From Phycisphaerae bacterium (GTDB lineage: Bacteria > Planctomycetota > Phycisphaerae > UBA1845): a stretch of 64,000 bases of DNA. Below the pieces are notes generated by a model, which did not search any database, had not been told where the DNA came from, and was given only the letters and a program-made list of their open reading frames with translations. The translations under genes were made by a program, and so were the position numbers. Numbering within the stretch: the stretch's first letter is position 1; each line of letters begins with the position of its first letter. The stretch is taken from contig CAXXGO010000006.1 in NCBI GenBank assembly GCA_963666835.2, forward strand, positions 864,001-928,000, in the 5' to 3' direction. Positions 1 through 9,345 of the stretch are shown piece after piece.

Positions 1-122
1 ATTCGTCCGATCTTCCATGCCTGAAGCTCCCCGTTGGCAGCTAGTCGGTAGACCGTATCTGGCGAGACCTGCAGCAGTTCAGCAACCTGCCTTATGGTCA
101 GGATTTCTCGAGTTGCATTCAC
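1..122 (-). CDS. Excisionase-family helix-turn-helix (HTH_17) protein, runs off the window edge (not in ORF track)
   Basis: Manual translation from GTG at 122: MNATREILTIRQVAELLQVSPDTVYRLAANGELQAWKIGR...; AGGAGG RBS 5 nt upstream. Confidence 0.85.
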   Translation of the reverse strand, partial: MNATREILTIRQVAELLQVSPDTVYRLAANGELQAWKIGR

Positions 123-311
123 GTGCACCTCCTTGCGAACTGAGCCCAACAGAACGGCACGAAACCCAACAGACAGGATATCGCCAAACAAGACGTAGAT
201 GTTGATGAAGGGTTTCCAGCCTGACGGTCTGAGCTGAGGTGGGCAGTGTATAGGACTAAGAACAAGGTGCGCGCGTTAGTCCGTTAATGCGCGCTTAACC
301 AAACGTCATCG

Positions 312-1475
312 GTGCAGTACACGGGTCTTTGTGACCGCGCGCGGAGCGAAATCCCGAGACTCGGATGTGGTGGCTTCGGCACCCTCAAGGGTTGGGTGCC
401 AGATAACCACCGCATAACGGATACCGGAGAGAGCGTCCTTCTTCCCGGGGCGGCGTTGATCGTGGACGGCTCGTGGACCCATAGCGGAACATTCACCGCC
501 CTCGACGCCTCTGTGCTATTCAAGATGGCTTCGACGAGTGGGACCATGCATCTGTCCGACGTCGAATTCGTGGCCGGGGAGCTTGCGGTGCTGTCAACCG
601 GGAGCGTGATCACTCACGGGGAGTTCTACTCCGACGTTCACAACGACGGCGAGATTATAACAACGGCTGACACGTTGATCGTCGGCGATCTCGTCAACAA
701 CGCAAGCGGAGAGATCACTGTTCAGGTGGGAACAACGACCCTGATCGGGTCCTTAACCAATAACGGCACGATCGTCGGAGATCTACAAACCGCGCGGAAG
801 ATGGGCGGGCAGCGGGCAGATGGTGATGGAATCGCCGTTCAGGGCGACTACATGGCCGGGGCGCTCTCTGCGCTGGTCATGCCCGATGCGGTCTGGGCGA
901 TTTCCGTCAAGGGGCGGTATGACAATGCGGTGAACGACAGCTCGCGGTTTGACATGGTGCAAGCCGAGCTGGCCTTCGTCGGCACGGGGCAGACCCAGAC
1001 CGTCGAGGTGATGAGCACGGATATCGGAGCCGACCCCATCGGGCTTGATCGCAGAAGACCGGGGCATTTTCCGATCGGGACGTTTCGGGTCGGACCGACG
1101 GCCACGACCGTGGTGTTGGTTGATGCCCACGACAATGACAACCTCGGGCAGGCCGCTCGGGAGGCGCTCTATGTGCGCGACCTCATCGTGGAATCCGGAG
1201 CAACGTTGGCTACGGGCGAGCATGCGGTCTATTACGAATCGTTGGTGCTAAACGGCGGTGTCGATAATGCTGACAACCTGGTGGCGGTGGTCAGTGCCGA
1301 TCCGGACATCAACGGGGACGGGCAGGTGGACCTAGCTGATTATGCCAAGCTGGCCGAGTGCCTGACCGGCCCGAACGGAGGTATCGCCCCGACCTGCTCC
1401 GCCGCCGACCTCGACGGCGACCAGGATGTCGACCTGGGCGACTTGGCCATACTCCAGTACTCGTTCGTCGATTAG
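312..1475 (+). CDS. Beta-rich protein with C-terminal dockerin-like domain; probably 5'-truncated
   Basis: Paired Ca-binding loops DINGDGQVDLAD / DLDGDQDVDLGD; no signal peptide and no RBS at the ORF start. Confidence 0.6.
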   Translation: MQYTGLCDRARSEIPRLGCGGFGTLKGWVPDNHRITDTGESVLLPGAALIVDGSWTHSGTFTALDASVLFKMASTSGTMHLSDVEFVAGELAVLSTGSVITHGEFYSDVHNDGEIITTADTLIVGDLVNNASGEITVQVGTTTLIGSLTNNGTIVGDLQTARKMGGQRADGDGIAVQGDYMAGALSALVMPDAVWAISVKGRYDNAVNDSSRFDMVQAELAFVGTGQTQTVEVMSTDIGADPIGLDRRRPGHFPIGTFRVGPTATTVVLVDAHDNDNLGQAAREALYVRDLIVESGATLATGEHAVYYESLVLNGGVDNADNLVAVVSADPDINGDGQVDLADYAKLAECLTGPNGGIAPTCSAADLDGDQDVDLGDLAILQYSFVD

Positions 1476-1718
1476 CGGTTCGGTCAACAGGGAGGAAAGG
1501 CGTCAGTGGCGCCTTTTCCTCCCAATATCGTGCGCCGCGCAGATTCGTGGCTGAATATCGTCCACTATGTGGTTGTTTTTCACCTGTGTGGACCTATGTA
1601 GCCGACCGGCCGGCGGCATGACGCGACGTTGCCGTTGTGCTCCGAACTCCTGACTAGGAAAGGACTTACGGCTGCCGGGACGTTCGCCGGTGGTCTTCGC
1701 GGTCGTCCGGCGGGAAAC

Positions 1719-1746
1719 GTGTCAGGGTAGTTCTCTAGCCTGACAC
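1719..1746. repeat. GTGTCAGG...CCTGACAC palindrome (REP-like)
   Basis: 8-bp inverted repeat with inner pairing; related to the palindrome at 6498-6557. Confidence 0.55.
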
Positions 1747-1884
1747 CATTTCCCGTTCTTCAAGAACGATGTCTACCTCACGGCCCGTGTGAGTTCGGAA
1801 GTGGAGTAGCTCCCGCCTCGTCTTGCTCCACCACGCCTGCTCGCGACGCTCCATGACAAGGAAGTCCTCCATCAGCGGCCCGGC
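1735..1884 (-). pseudogene. Fragment of a DUF4143 (AAA_14 ATPase C-terminal) domain
   Basis: Manual translation GPLMEDFLVMERREQAWWSKTRRELLHFRTHTGREVDIVLEE, bounded by stops on both sides. Confidence 0.7.
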
Positions 1885-2072
1885 CTATTGGGGTTGTTCA
1901 TGATACCCAGCGCATTCCACGCTGCCGGCAGCCGTGTTCAGTGCGTTTGAAGGGGCGGGCGACTTCGTGGGGATGCATCGCGTCGTCGCATCTGGTATTT
2001 TGCTCGTTGTCGAGCGTATCAGCGTATGCGGAGACAGTCGTCCTGGGCGAACCACAGTGAAAGGGGGCTGGA

Positions 2073-3140
2073 ATGACGATCGACGAAATCCAATCGATGT
2101 TGGAGGGCCGCGGCAAGCGGTACTCTTCCGAAGAGGTCGCGCGGAGCATGAATGCCTATGGGGAGATCGTCCCGCGCTGGTACGCTGAGCTGTGGACTAA
2201 CGCCGCGATCTTCGATGCCGACATGTACGTGTACGAGGAGGATCTCGATGACGAACTATGGGCAAAGGTCAGCGTGCTTCGACTCGACGGCCCGGACGAC
2301 GGTTGGAAGAAGGAGCAGGTTGAATTGACGGAGGCGGGGTACTTCTCGTTGGGCTCGTGGCAGGGGTATGCCTATTGGCTGATTGCGCCCTCGCGTTCGA
2401 CGGACTTGGAGGCTCCTATCCACATTATCGATCATGAACTCGTCGGTGAGGTGGACGAAATCCACGAGATCGAGGGAATCGAGACCTTCAGGGGGCTGTT
2501 GGACAGCGTAGTGAACTGGCCAATCCTGCGGGCAATTGACAAGTGGCGGGAAGTCATGGAATGCGAGCAACCGACCCCGGATCCGACCGCATCGCTCGAC
2601 GAGGGCGGGGGAGCGGAGACGGTGGCGGAGTTCTGGGAGAAGATCCCCGAGGATCGACAGATCAAGGCCGCGGAGGACTACTCCTTTGGGGTTGTGATGG
2701 GGGCTCTGGCGGGTGAGTATCCTGAGCCCGTCGAACTGGACGAGGATTACGCTGAACTACCTGAGTATATGCAGGCGGCGCTGAGGCTCGATCTTCGCAA
2801 CAAGATGCAGCGCTGGGAAGAGGCGGACATTGGGCCTCTTCCGCACTATGAAAGCGAGGAACTGCCTGACGCGTTACAGTATTTGTGGGAGCACCTCGAG
2901 GGTAGGCCGCTCGGGCCGTGGAGGCTCCAACGGGGGGGCGACCTGCTGCGTTCCCATTCTGCGGCTTTGGAACGCGGGATTCCCCACAACTTCTTCGTTA
3001 TCGGGCGGAAGGGCCAGCAGTTTGTGACGCTGGACCTTACTCGTCCCGGGGAGTTCGGCGATTGCCCGGTAGTAACCTGGCCGGACGGACAGGAGCTGGC
3101 GCCGTCGCTCGGGGACTGGTTGTTGGCACAGACGGCATAG
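2073..3140 (+). CDS. Tandem SMI1/KNR4 (SUKH)-like immunity protein
   Basis: C-terminal LPDALQYLW...FFVIG...FVTLDL...CPVV...LAPSLGDWL and similar N-terminal PRWYAELW...YFSLG...APIHIIDHE...TFRGLL; acidic. Confidence 0.65.
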   Translation: MTIDEIQSMLEGRGKRYSSEEVARSMNAYGEIVPRWYAELWTNAAIFDADMYVYEEDLDDELWAKVSVLRLDGPDDGWKKEQVELTEAGYFSLGSWQGYAYWLIAPSRSTDLEAPIHIIDHELVGEVDEIHEIEGIETFRGLLDSVVNWPILRAIDKWREVMECEQPTPDPTASLDEGGGAETVAEFWEKIPEDRQIKAAEDYSFGVVMGALAGEYPEPVELDEDYAELPEYMQAALRLDLRNKMQRWEEADIGPLPHYESEELPDALQYLWEHLEGRPLGPWRLQRGGDLLRSHSAALERGIPHNFFVIGRKGQQFVTLDLTRPGEFGDCPVVTWPDGQELAPSLGDWLLAQTA

Positions 3141-3356
3141 TCCTCGAGAATGCGTAGCTGAAGGATGGCGTTCAGTCGGGACGATCGTGGGCCCTGTCCA
3201 TCCATAAGGACGCCCCTTTGTCATCCGTTGCAGAGGGAACCGGGACGGGAACGAGCGTTCTGGAAATGGTCTCGGCATGGCTGAGTGCGATCCTGGAGGC
3301 AAGCTCTTCGACACCGCGGGACCGGGGAGCCGGCAGCACTTACGGATCAACGAATC

Positions 3357-4013
3357 ATGGAAGAACACCGTAACGAGACGATGGGCCGCAGCGGTAACCG
3401 GTGGTTTGGTCGAGTGGTCCTTGCGGTCGGGCTGTTGGCGTTGGGGTACTGCCTGTACGACCTGATGTACCCGGGGCATTTTGTGGGGGACATGTACGGG
3501 TTGGAAGTGATGGGGCGCCTCATGTTGCTTGCGGGCCCGGCGGTCGCTCTTTTGCTGAGCGGCGTGGTCCTCCATTTTGCATGGAAGAGGGAAGGCCGGG
3601 CGCCGCGCGTCGGCGCGGGCGTGGTGCTCTTGGTTTCCGCGTTAGTGCTGGTGGCAACGGCCTGGCACGTTGCCGGTTCCCGGCGGCAGGACGCTATTCG
3701 CGCACAGTATCCCACGAGAGGCACGGACGAGCTCCTTCGAATCGCCCGGGATCAGAAGGATTCGTTTGCCGTTGAGGAGTTGCTGATCCGCAAAGACCCG
3801 GCGGCCGTGCCGGGTTTGTGCGCGATTCTCCTCGACGATGACGAAAACGTGACACTAAGAGGCAGCGCGGCGCACGCCCTGGGTGAGATCGGTGGCGATG
3901 AGGCGAAAGCCGCGCTCGAAAGGGCACGATCCGGTAGCCCTCCCGAAGTGCTGAAGATCGCTATTGACTACGCGTTGGAAGTCAGGATAACGCCACAGAC
4001 TTCAGACGAATAG
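3357..4013 (+). CDS. Membrane protein (3 TM) with C-terminal HEAT/PBS-lyase repeats; ORF could start at 3285
   Basis: Three hydrophobic segments, then AVPGLCAILLDD...LRGSAAHALGEIGGDEAKAALE. Confidence 0.7.
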   Translation: MEEHRNETMGRSGNRWFGRVVLAVGLLALGYCLYDLMYPGHFVGDMYGLEVMGRLMLLAGPAVALLLSGVVLHFAWKREGRAPRVGAGVVLLVSALVLVATAWHVAGSRRQDAIRAQYPTRGTDELLRIARDQKDSFAVEELLIRKDPAAVPGLCAILLDDDENVTLRGSAAHALGEIGGDEAKAALERARSGSPPEVLKIAIDYALEVRITPQTSDE

Positions 4014-4083
4014 CCTGCGTCTTTTCGGTCGAGAGTGGTCACCCTACGCGAGCGGGGCGTCGCACTTTTTTCAATAAGACCCC

Positions 4084-4111
4084 TTGCACTGACCAAACTT
4101 ATGGGTATGAT
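4084..4111 (+). promoter_or_regulatory. Putative sigma70 promoter
   Basis: TTGCAC-N16-TATGAT. Confidence 0.5.
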
Positions 4112-4333
4112 CCCGCGATTCGTACCGAGACTACGATGTTGATTGGTTGCTTCGAGGAGAAGTACTTTTGCTCCGTTGGTCGAAACAGATGCATGCTGGT
4201 GTAACACCCCCCCGCAATGACGAAAGTCGTTCGCGCCGTCCGGTCGTCAAGCAAGATGACGGGTTAGCGGCGAACACTGCGGGCACGAGGGAGTTCCCAC
4301 CGGGTCGTAGTTAGGGTGTTTGAGCACGCACTC

Positions 4334-4374
4334 AAGCCCCAGCGGCCCGGACCAGGGTCGCTGGGGCTTTTTTT
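4334..4374 (+). terminator. Rho-independent terminator
   Basis: AAGCCCCAGCGGCCC / GGGTCGCTGGGGCTT stem followed by a T-run. Confidence 0.8.
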
Positions 4375-4686
4375 GTGGAATGAGCCGAAGCCGCCCTCTG
4401 ATGCAGCGGCCGAGCACGCTGCGATGCGGAGAGTGTGCGCGCTGCGCGTGCGTCATCGAGTTGAAACTCATCCCGGATTGTTCATGACGTTCGCATAAAC
4501 GCGCGTGACTCACTATAGCGCCGCCCCTTGCGGGTGGCGTCATGGAAACACCGGAGGCTTTGACGCCAGGGACAAGCCCTGGCGCTACATTGGTTTACGG
4601 CCTGTAATCCGTTTGGATGGACAATACGGATCAGTTGTTTTGAACGGTAGGACTATTCTCCTTCGATTGAATGAAGGCATTGAACT

Positions 4687-6492
4687 ATGAGTATCTTCAA
4701 GAATTGGTTGGAGTTGAATCTGACCCGGGCGGCCCGCGCTGGAAAGCTCGAGCGCGCTGTCGAGGTGGATGATGCATTGCAGGAGCTGGCTAATACGATC
4801 GACGCCGGCTTGAACGCGATCGTTGTGGGCGAGTCGGGCGTCGGAAAGACCACGTTGGTGCATGAGTTAGTAGCCCGGGCGACGCAAGGGCGAGGTTCGT
4901 TGCGGCTGAGGGGTCGGGTGGTCCTGCAGATTTCGTTGCGGCGGCGGCTGTCGGGTCTGGCGCAGCGTTACGAGATCTACGGAGAGGTGCAAAAGCTCTT
5001 CGACGGGATCCGGAATCTGCGTAGCCCTCCGGTCGTGTTCATTCGCGACGTGGACCTGGCCTACTCCTTCGATCTGGAGGACCAACTGGCCGGGCTGGCC
5101 TGTGCCAGTGAGGTTATCCTCATCGGCGAGGGTAGTGAGCAAACGGTGTCGGCGTTGCTTGAGCAGGAAACTGCTTTGCAGCATCGTTTCGGGATCGTTC
5201 GGGTCCAGGAGCCGGATTGGGATCGGGCCACGCGGATTGTAAACGGCTGGGCGTTGCGACAGAAAGGGAAGGAGTTCTCCGCCCTTGCGGTCGAGCAGGC
5301 GGTAGCACTCTCGCACCGTTTTCTGACGCGGAGCAAGCTGCCTCGCAAGGCAATCGATCTGCTGAAGCACGCTTCCGCGGATACGAATGCTAAAACGCCG
5401 GTAACGGCGGCGGCCGTCATCAAGCGGTTGTCCGCGCAGTACCGAATCCCGCGTGTGTTGGTCGACCCGGACGTCCCGCTTGACTTGACGAAGCTGAAGC
5501 ACTCGTTAGCCAAGTCGGTAGTGGGGCAGCAAGAGGCGGTGGCGGCGGTGGTGGACACCATCGGTGTCATCAAAGCCGGTTTGACCGATCAGCGTCGCCC
5601 GTTGGCGGCGATGCTGTTCACCGGACCGACCGGGGTGGGTAAGACGTTGATTGCCCAGACCATTGCCACGCGACTGTTCGGACGGCGTGATCGCCTGATC
5701 CGGGTCAACATGGCCGACTACAAGTCGGAAGCGGACGCGTTGCTGTTGTTCGGCGTTCCCGGTGACGGCAACACCGCGTTGCGGCGTGGCCAGTTGACGT
5801 CGCGAATGGCGGGACATTCGCTGGGCGTGCTCTTGCTGGACGAGTTCGAGAAGAGCCATCCGGCGGTCCACGACCGGTTCTTGCAGCTGATGGACGAAGG
5901 TGAGTTTATCAACGGTGCCGAGGAGCGAGTTTCGTGCCGGTCGTTCATCATTATTGTCACGACCAACGCGGGGCACGCGCACGGCGAAGTAACGGCGGTC
6001 GGGTTCCGACCCGGCTTGAACGGGCCGCAGAGCCCGGTCGACGAGTTGGCAACTCACTTTCGTTATGAGTTGCTGAATCGGTTTGACCGCGTGGTTCGTT
6101 TCAGGTCCTTGACGGAGGACGACGCCCGCGAAATCGTCATTGCGGAGTTGCGGCAGCTTCAGTCGCGTATCGGGCTGAGGCAGCAAGGTCTGACTCTTGA
6201 GGTGGACCGGCATGCGGTCGATCTGTTGGTTCGCCGAGGGTACGACGCTCATTGTGGGGCAAGGTACCTGCGCCGGACGATTGAGCAGGAAGTGACGACG
6301 GCGATTGCTCGGCTGCTGGTGTTCGGTCGGCCGCCGGAGAACGCGCGGGTTCGGATCGTGGCTTGCGGTACGACCATCGGCGCGATGTTTGCCGAACGGC
6401 GTGAGCGGGCTGAGCTTCCGGGGCGGCCGCTGCAACGAGCGGGGCTTTCGCGTCCCCCGAAACAACGGTCGAGGCCGGTCGTCGTTGCATAG
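4687..6492 (+). CDS. ClpA/ClpB-family double AAA+ ATPase lacking the N-domain
   Basis: GESGVGKT, LPRKAIDLL, VVGQQEAV, FTGPTGVGKT, LLLDEFEK, ELLNRFD, GARYLRR. Confidence 0.85.
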   Translation: MSIFKNWLELNLTRAARAGKLERAVEVDDALQELANTIDAGLNAIVVGESGVGKTTLVHELVARATQGRGSLRLRGRVVLQISLRRRLSGLAQRYEIYGEVQKLFDGIRNLRSPPVVFIRDVDLAYSFDLEDQLAGLACASEVILIGEGSEQTVSALLEQETALQHRFGIVRVQEPDWDRATRIVNGWALRQKGKEFSALAVEQAVALSHRFLTRSKLPRKAIDLLKHASADTNAKTPVTAAAVIKRLSAQYRIPRVLVDPDVPLDLTKLKHSLAKSVVGQQEAVAAVVDTIGVIKAGLTDQRRPLAAMLFTGPTGVGKTLIAQTIATRLFGRRDRLIRVNMADYKSEADALLLFGVPGDGNTALRRGQLTSRMAGHSLGVLLLDEFEKSHPAVHDRFLQLMDEGEFINGAEERVSCRSFIIIVTTNAGHAHGEVTAVGFRPGLNGPQSPVDELATHFRYELLNRFDRVVRFRSLTEDDAREIVIAELRQLQSRIGLRQQGLTLEVDRHAVDLLVRRGYDAHCGARYLRRTIEQEVTTAIARLLVFGRPPENARVRIVACGTTIGAMFAERRERAELPGRPLQRAGLSRPPKQRSRPVVVA

Positions 6493-6497
6493 CAGTG

Positions 6498-6557
6498 AAG
6501 AAGGTGCCAGGATGAGTTTTTTTTTGGCCGTCCCCTAGGCCATCCTGGCACCTTCTT
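6498..6557. repeat. 17-bp perfect inverted repeat (REP-like or terminator)
   Basis: AAGAAGGTGCCAGGATG ... CATCCTGGCACCTTCTT. Confidence 0.7.
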
Positions 6558-6640
6558 GTGTTTTATCGGATCACAAGCGGCGCCGGAGGTGGGGATACGC
6601 GCGGGTCCTCCCCGCGGTTGCTCAATTGGAATGTAGACCG

Positions 6641-6669
6641 TTGACGGGTTGTACGGCGTTCGCTACATT
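6641..6669 (+). promoter_or_regulatory. sigma70 promoter for tRNA-Glu/polX
   Basis: TTGACG-N17-TACATT. Confidence 0.6.
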
Positions 6670-6714
6670 TGCCCGACTGTGCGTCCGATGACGTCGGTAG
6701 TTACGGCTTTACCA

Positions 6715-6787
6715 GCCCCCATCGTCTAGTGGCCTAGGATACCGGCTTTTCATGCCGGCGACAGGGGTTCGAGTCCCCTTGGGGGTG
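6715..6787 (+). tRNA. tRNA-Glu (TTC), CCA not encoded
   Basis: Acceptor stem GCCCCCA/TGGGGGT; anticodon arm CCGGC-TTTTCAT-GCCGG; T-arm AGGGG-TTCGAGT-CCCCT. Confidence 0.95.
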
Positions 6788-6813
6788 GTTTTCATTCCCG
6801 TGGTAATGCGCAT

Positions 6814-8562
6814 GTGATGATCAACGCGGAGATAGGCCGGGCCTTTGAGCGGATCGCCGATTTGCTCGAGATCGACGGGGCCGACCGCTTCCGGATCAAC
6901 TCCTATCGCCGGGCGGCGCGGGTCTTCGCCGATCTGGCCGACAACGCCGCGGATCTGGCGTCCGAGGGCCGTCTGACGGATCTTCCCGGTGTGGGGAAGG
7001 GTACGGCCCAGCGGGCTCTGCAGTTCATTCAGACCGGGCGAATCGATGTACTGACCGAACTCGAAAAGAAGCTCCCGGCGGGGCTACCGGCCTTGCTCGA
7101 GATTCCCGGCCTGGGACCCAAGAAGGTCGCCTTAGCCTACCGCGAGCTGGGTGTCGGCGGGCTGGCTGACCTCAAGAAGGCGATCGGCTCGGGGGAGCTG
7201 GCCGGGTTGCCGGGGCTCGGCGAGAAAAGCGTGGCCAAGATCGCCGAAGGGCTTGCTTTTCTGGAAGGGAACCGGGATCGGGCCCTTCTGGGGGTCGCTC
7301 TGCCGATGGCGGAGAGCCTGGCCGAGCGGCTGCGGCTGTTGCCGGGCGTCCGAAGGGTGGAGATTGCCGGTTCGATCCGGCGTGGGGCGGAGACGATCGG
7401 CGACGTGGATCTGCTCTGCGACGCGGCGGACGGGAAGCGCATCGTCAGCGAATTCGTGAAGTTCGAGGAGGTTGAGAGGGTGCTGGCCCGGGGGGAGACC
7501 AAGGGCTCGGTCACGTTGAAAACCGCAAGCGGACGCGAGATGCAGATCGACCTGCGGGTCGTTGCGGGGGAGTCATTCGGGGCAGCATGGCAGTATTTCA
7601 CCGGGTCGAAACAGCACAACGTTCGGCTGCGCGAGCGGGCGGTTCGCAAGGGCTGGCGGTTGAACGAATACGGACTCTACACCGGTGAGCGGCGTCTTGC
7701 GGGGCGCGACGAGGAGGGTATCTACCGTCGCCTCGGGTTGGCCTGGGTGCCTCCAGAGCTGCGCGAGGATCGCGGGGAGTTCGAGCCTGACGCCGAATTC
7801 GGCAACCTGGTGACCGAGAACGACGTGCGTGGCGAGCTTCACGTCCACACCACGGCCAGCGATGGTCACGATTCGATAGAGGACATGGCTCTGGCCGCAA
7901 AACGGTGCGGGTACGCGTTCTTAGCGATCTGCGATCACTCCAAGAGCAGCTCGATAGCCGGGGGATTGTCCATTGCGGAGATGAAGAAGCACATTTCCGC
8001 GATCCGGGCGGCCGACCGGAAGGTCGCGGGGATCTCCGTTCTGGTCGGTTGCGAGGTCGACATCCTCTCGGACGGCAGTTTGGATTATCCGGACGAGATT
8101 CTGGCCCAATGCGATTGGGTCGTGGCGAGTATTCACTCGGCGATGGGTCGCGGGCGGGCGGACCCGCACAATCCGACGGTCCGGACCCTGGCGGCGATGG
8201 AGAATCCGTACGTTTGCGCGATCGGGCATCCTACGGGGCGGCTGATCAACCGGCGGGCGCCGATGGATCTGGATATCAACGCTGTTATCGAAGCGGCCGC
8301 ACGGACCGGGACGATCCTGGAAGTCAACGCCCATCCCGAGCGTCTTGATCTGAAGGATACACATGTTCGCAAGGCCTTGGATGCGGGCGTGGCGTTGACG
8401 ATCAATACGGACGCTCACGAGACGGCGATTGTCGGGCAATTGCGTTATGGGATTCTCACGGCGCGGCGCGGCGGGGCTACGCCGAAGGATGTGGTCAACT
8501 GCTTCACGTTGGCCGCCTTGCGAAAGCGGATTGCGGCCAAGCGCGGTGCGGCGTCCTCGTAG
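6814..8562 (+). CDS. polX: DNA polymerase/3'-5' exonuclease PolX with PHP domain
   Basis: GSIRRG.ETIGDVD, IDLR, YFTGSK.HN, HVHTTASDG, NTDAH. Confidence 0.95.
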   Translation: MMINAEIGRAFERIADLLEIDGADRFRINSYRRAARVFADLADNAADLASEGRLTDLPGVGKGTAQRALQFIQTGRIDVLTELEKKLPAGLPALLEIPGLGPKKVALAYRELGVGGLADLKKAIGSGELAGLPGLGEKSVAKIAEGLAFLEGNRDRALLGVALPMAESLAERLRLLPGVRRVEIAGSIRRGAETIGDVDLLCDAADGKRIVSEFVKFEEVERVLARGETKGSVTLKTASGREMQIDLRVVAGESFGAAWQYFTGSKQHNVRLRERAVRKGWRLNEYGLYTGERRLAGRDEEGIYRRLGLAWVPPELREDRGEFEPDAEFGNLVTENDVRGELHVHTTASDGHDSIEDMALAAKRCGYAFLAICDHSKSSSIAGGLSIAEMKKHISAIRAADRKVAGISVLVGCEVDILSDGSLDYPDEILAQCDWVVASIHSAMGRGRADPHNPTVRTLAAMENPYVCAIGHPTGRLINRRAPMDLDINAVIEAAARTGTILEVNAHPERLDLKDTHVRKALDAGVALTINTDAHETAIVGQLRYGILTARRGGATPKDVVNCFTLAALRKRIAAKRGAASS

Positions 8563-8936
8563 TGCCACCCGCGATGGCAGGTCTCGTGGCTCGACTGTAC
8601 CGCAAGTCAAGCCCCTTGGGGCGACAGGTCCTGTAGCCCCATGGCATAAGCCTGGGGAAACCGTGCGGTTGCTTCGCGTCAAGCCCCGCTAGGTGCGGCA
8701 GAACGCATCGGGGTCTGGATCGGACACCGGTGATTCAACATCATACGGAAAGCGCGTTGGCGACCGCGGGGACCTCTTCGATTATCGAAGTGCCGCCCCG
8801 GGGGGCTTGGGTTGACGGGCGACGCGATCCCGCGGCTCACGCCGCGGGCTGGGCAGAGCTGTCGCCCTGGCGGGCTGGTTCCGCGAGGCGCGCAGTTGGC
8901 GCATGTTCGTGCAACTCGAGCCATTGCGGCGTTGAT

Positions 8937-9203
8937 GGCAGGTCTCGTTCCTCGACCGTGCCCTACGAGGGGGCCGCCCGAGTGGCATGGGGCAACTTGT
9001 TGACCCGTGGGGTGTGACGCGGCGCGGACACCCACGGGCAAGCTGAAACGGCCCATAACCCGAACGCGAGGTCGAGTAGGAAACGGTACTTCACTACGCG
9101 AATCGGCGATGCCCATGCCACCCTCCTCGGCAGGTCTCGTTCCTCGACCGTGCCCTACGGGGGATGCCAACGTTGTATCATGGGGCAACTTGTTGACCCG
9201 TGG
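8937..9203. repeat. Two ~75-bp direct-repeat REP modules (8937-9010, 9129-9203); degenerate copy at 8576-8601
   Basis: GGCAGGTCTCGTTCCTCGACCGTGCCCTACG...CATGGGGCAACTTGTTGACCCGTGG occurs twice; reverse strand begins with GTAG. Confidence 0.8.
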
Positions 9204-9345
9204 AGGGAAGAATGCGATTACCTTTCTGGAGGCGGCACCAAGAAGAGAAGCGGGCCGAAGGCTCGCACCTTCGACCCGCCCGCTTTAGCCCCGACTCTTA
9301 AAGCGTCTCCCCCCATTGACTACCGTGCGGTGCCGGCGTCCGCTG

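Noticed and set aside
6715..6787. tRNA-Glu as an island attachment site
   Set aside because: I saw no integrase and no duplicated tRNA 3' end in the window; polX follows directly.
8937..9203. CRISPR array
   Set aside because: Only two full ~75-bp composite units, spacing unlike CRISPR, a dispersed inverted copy elsewhere and no cas genes.
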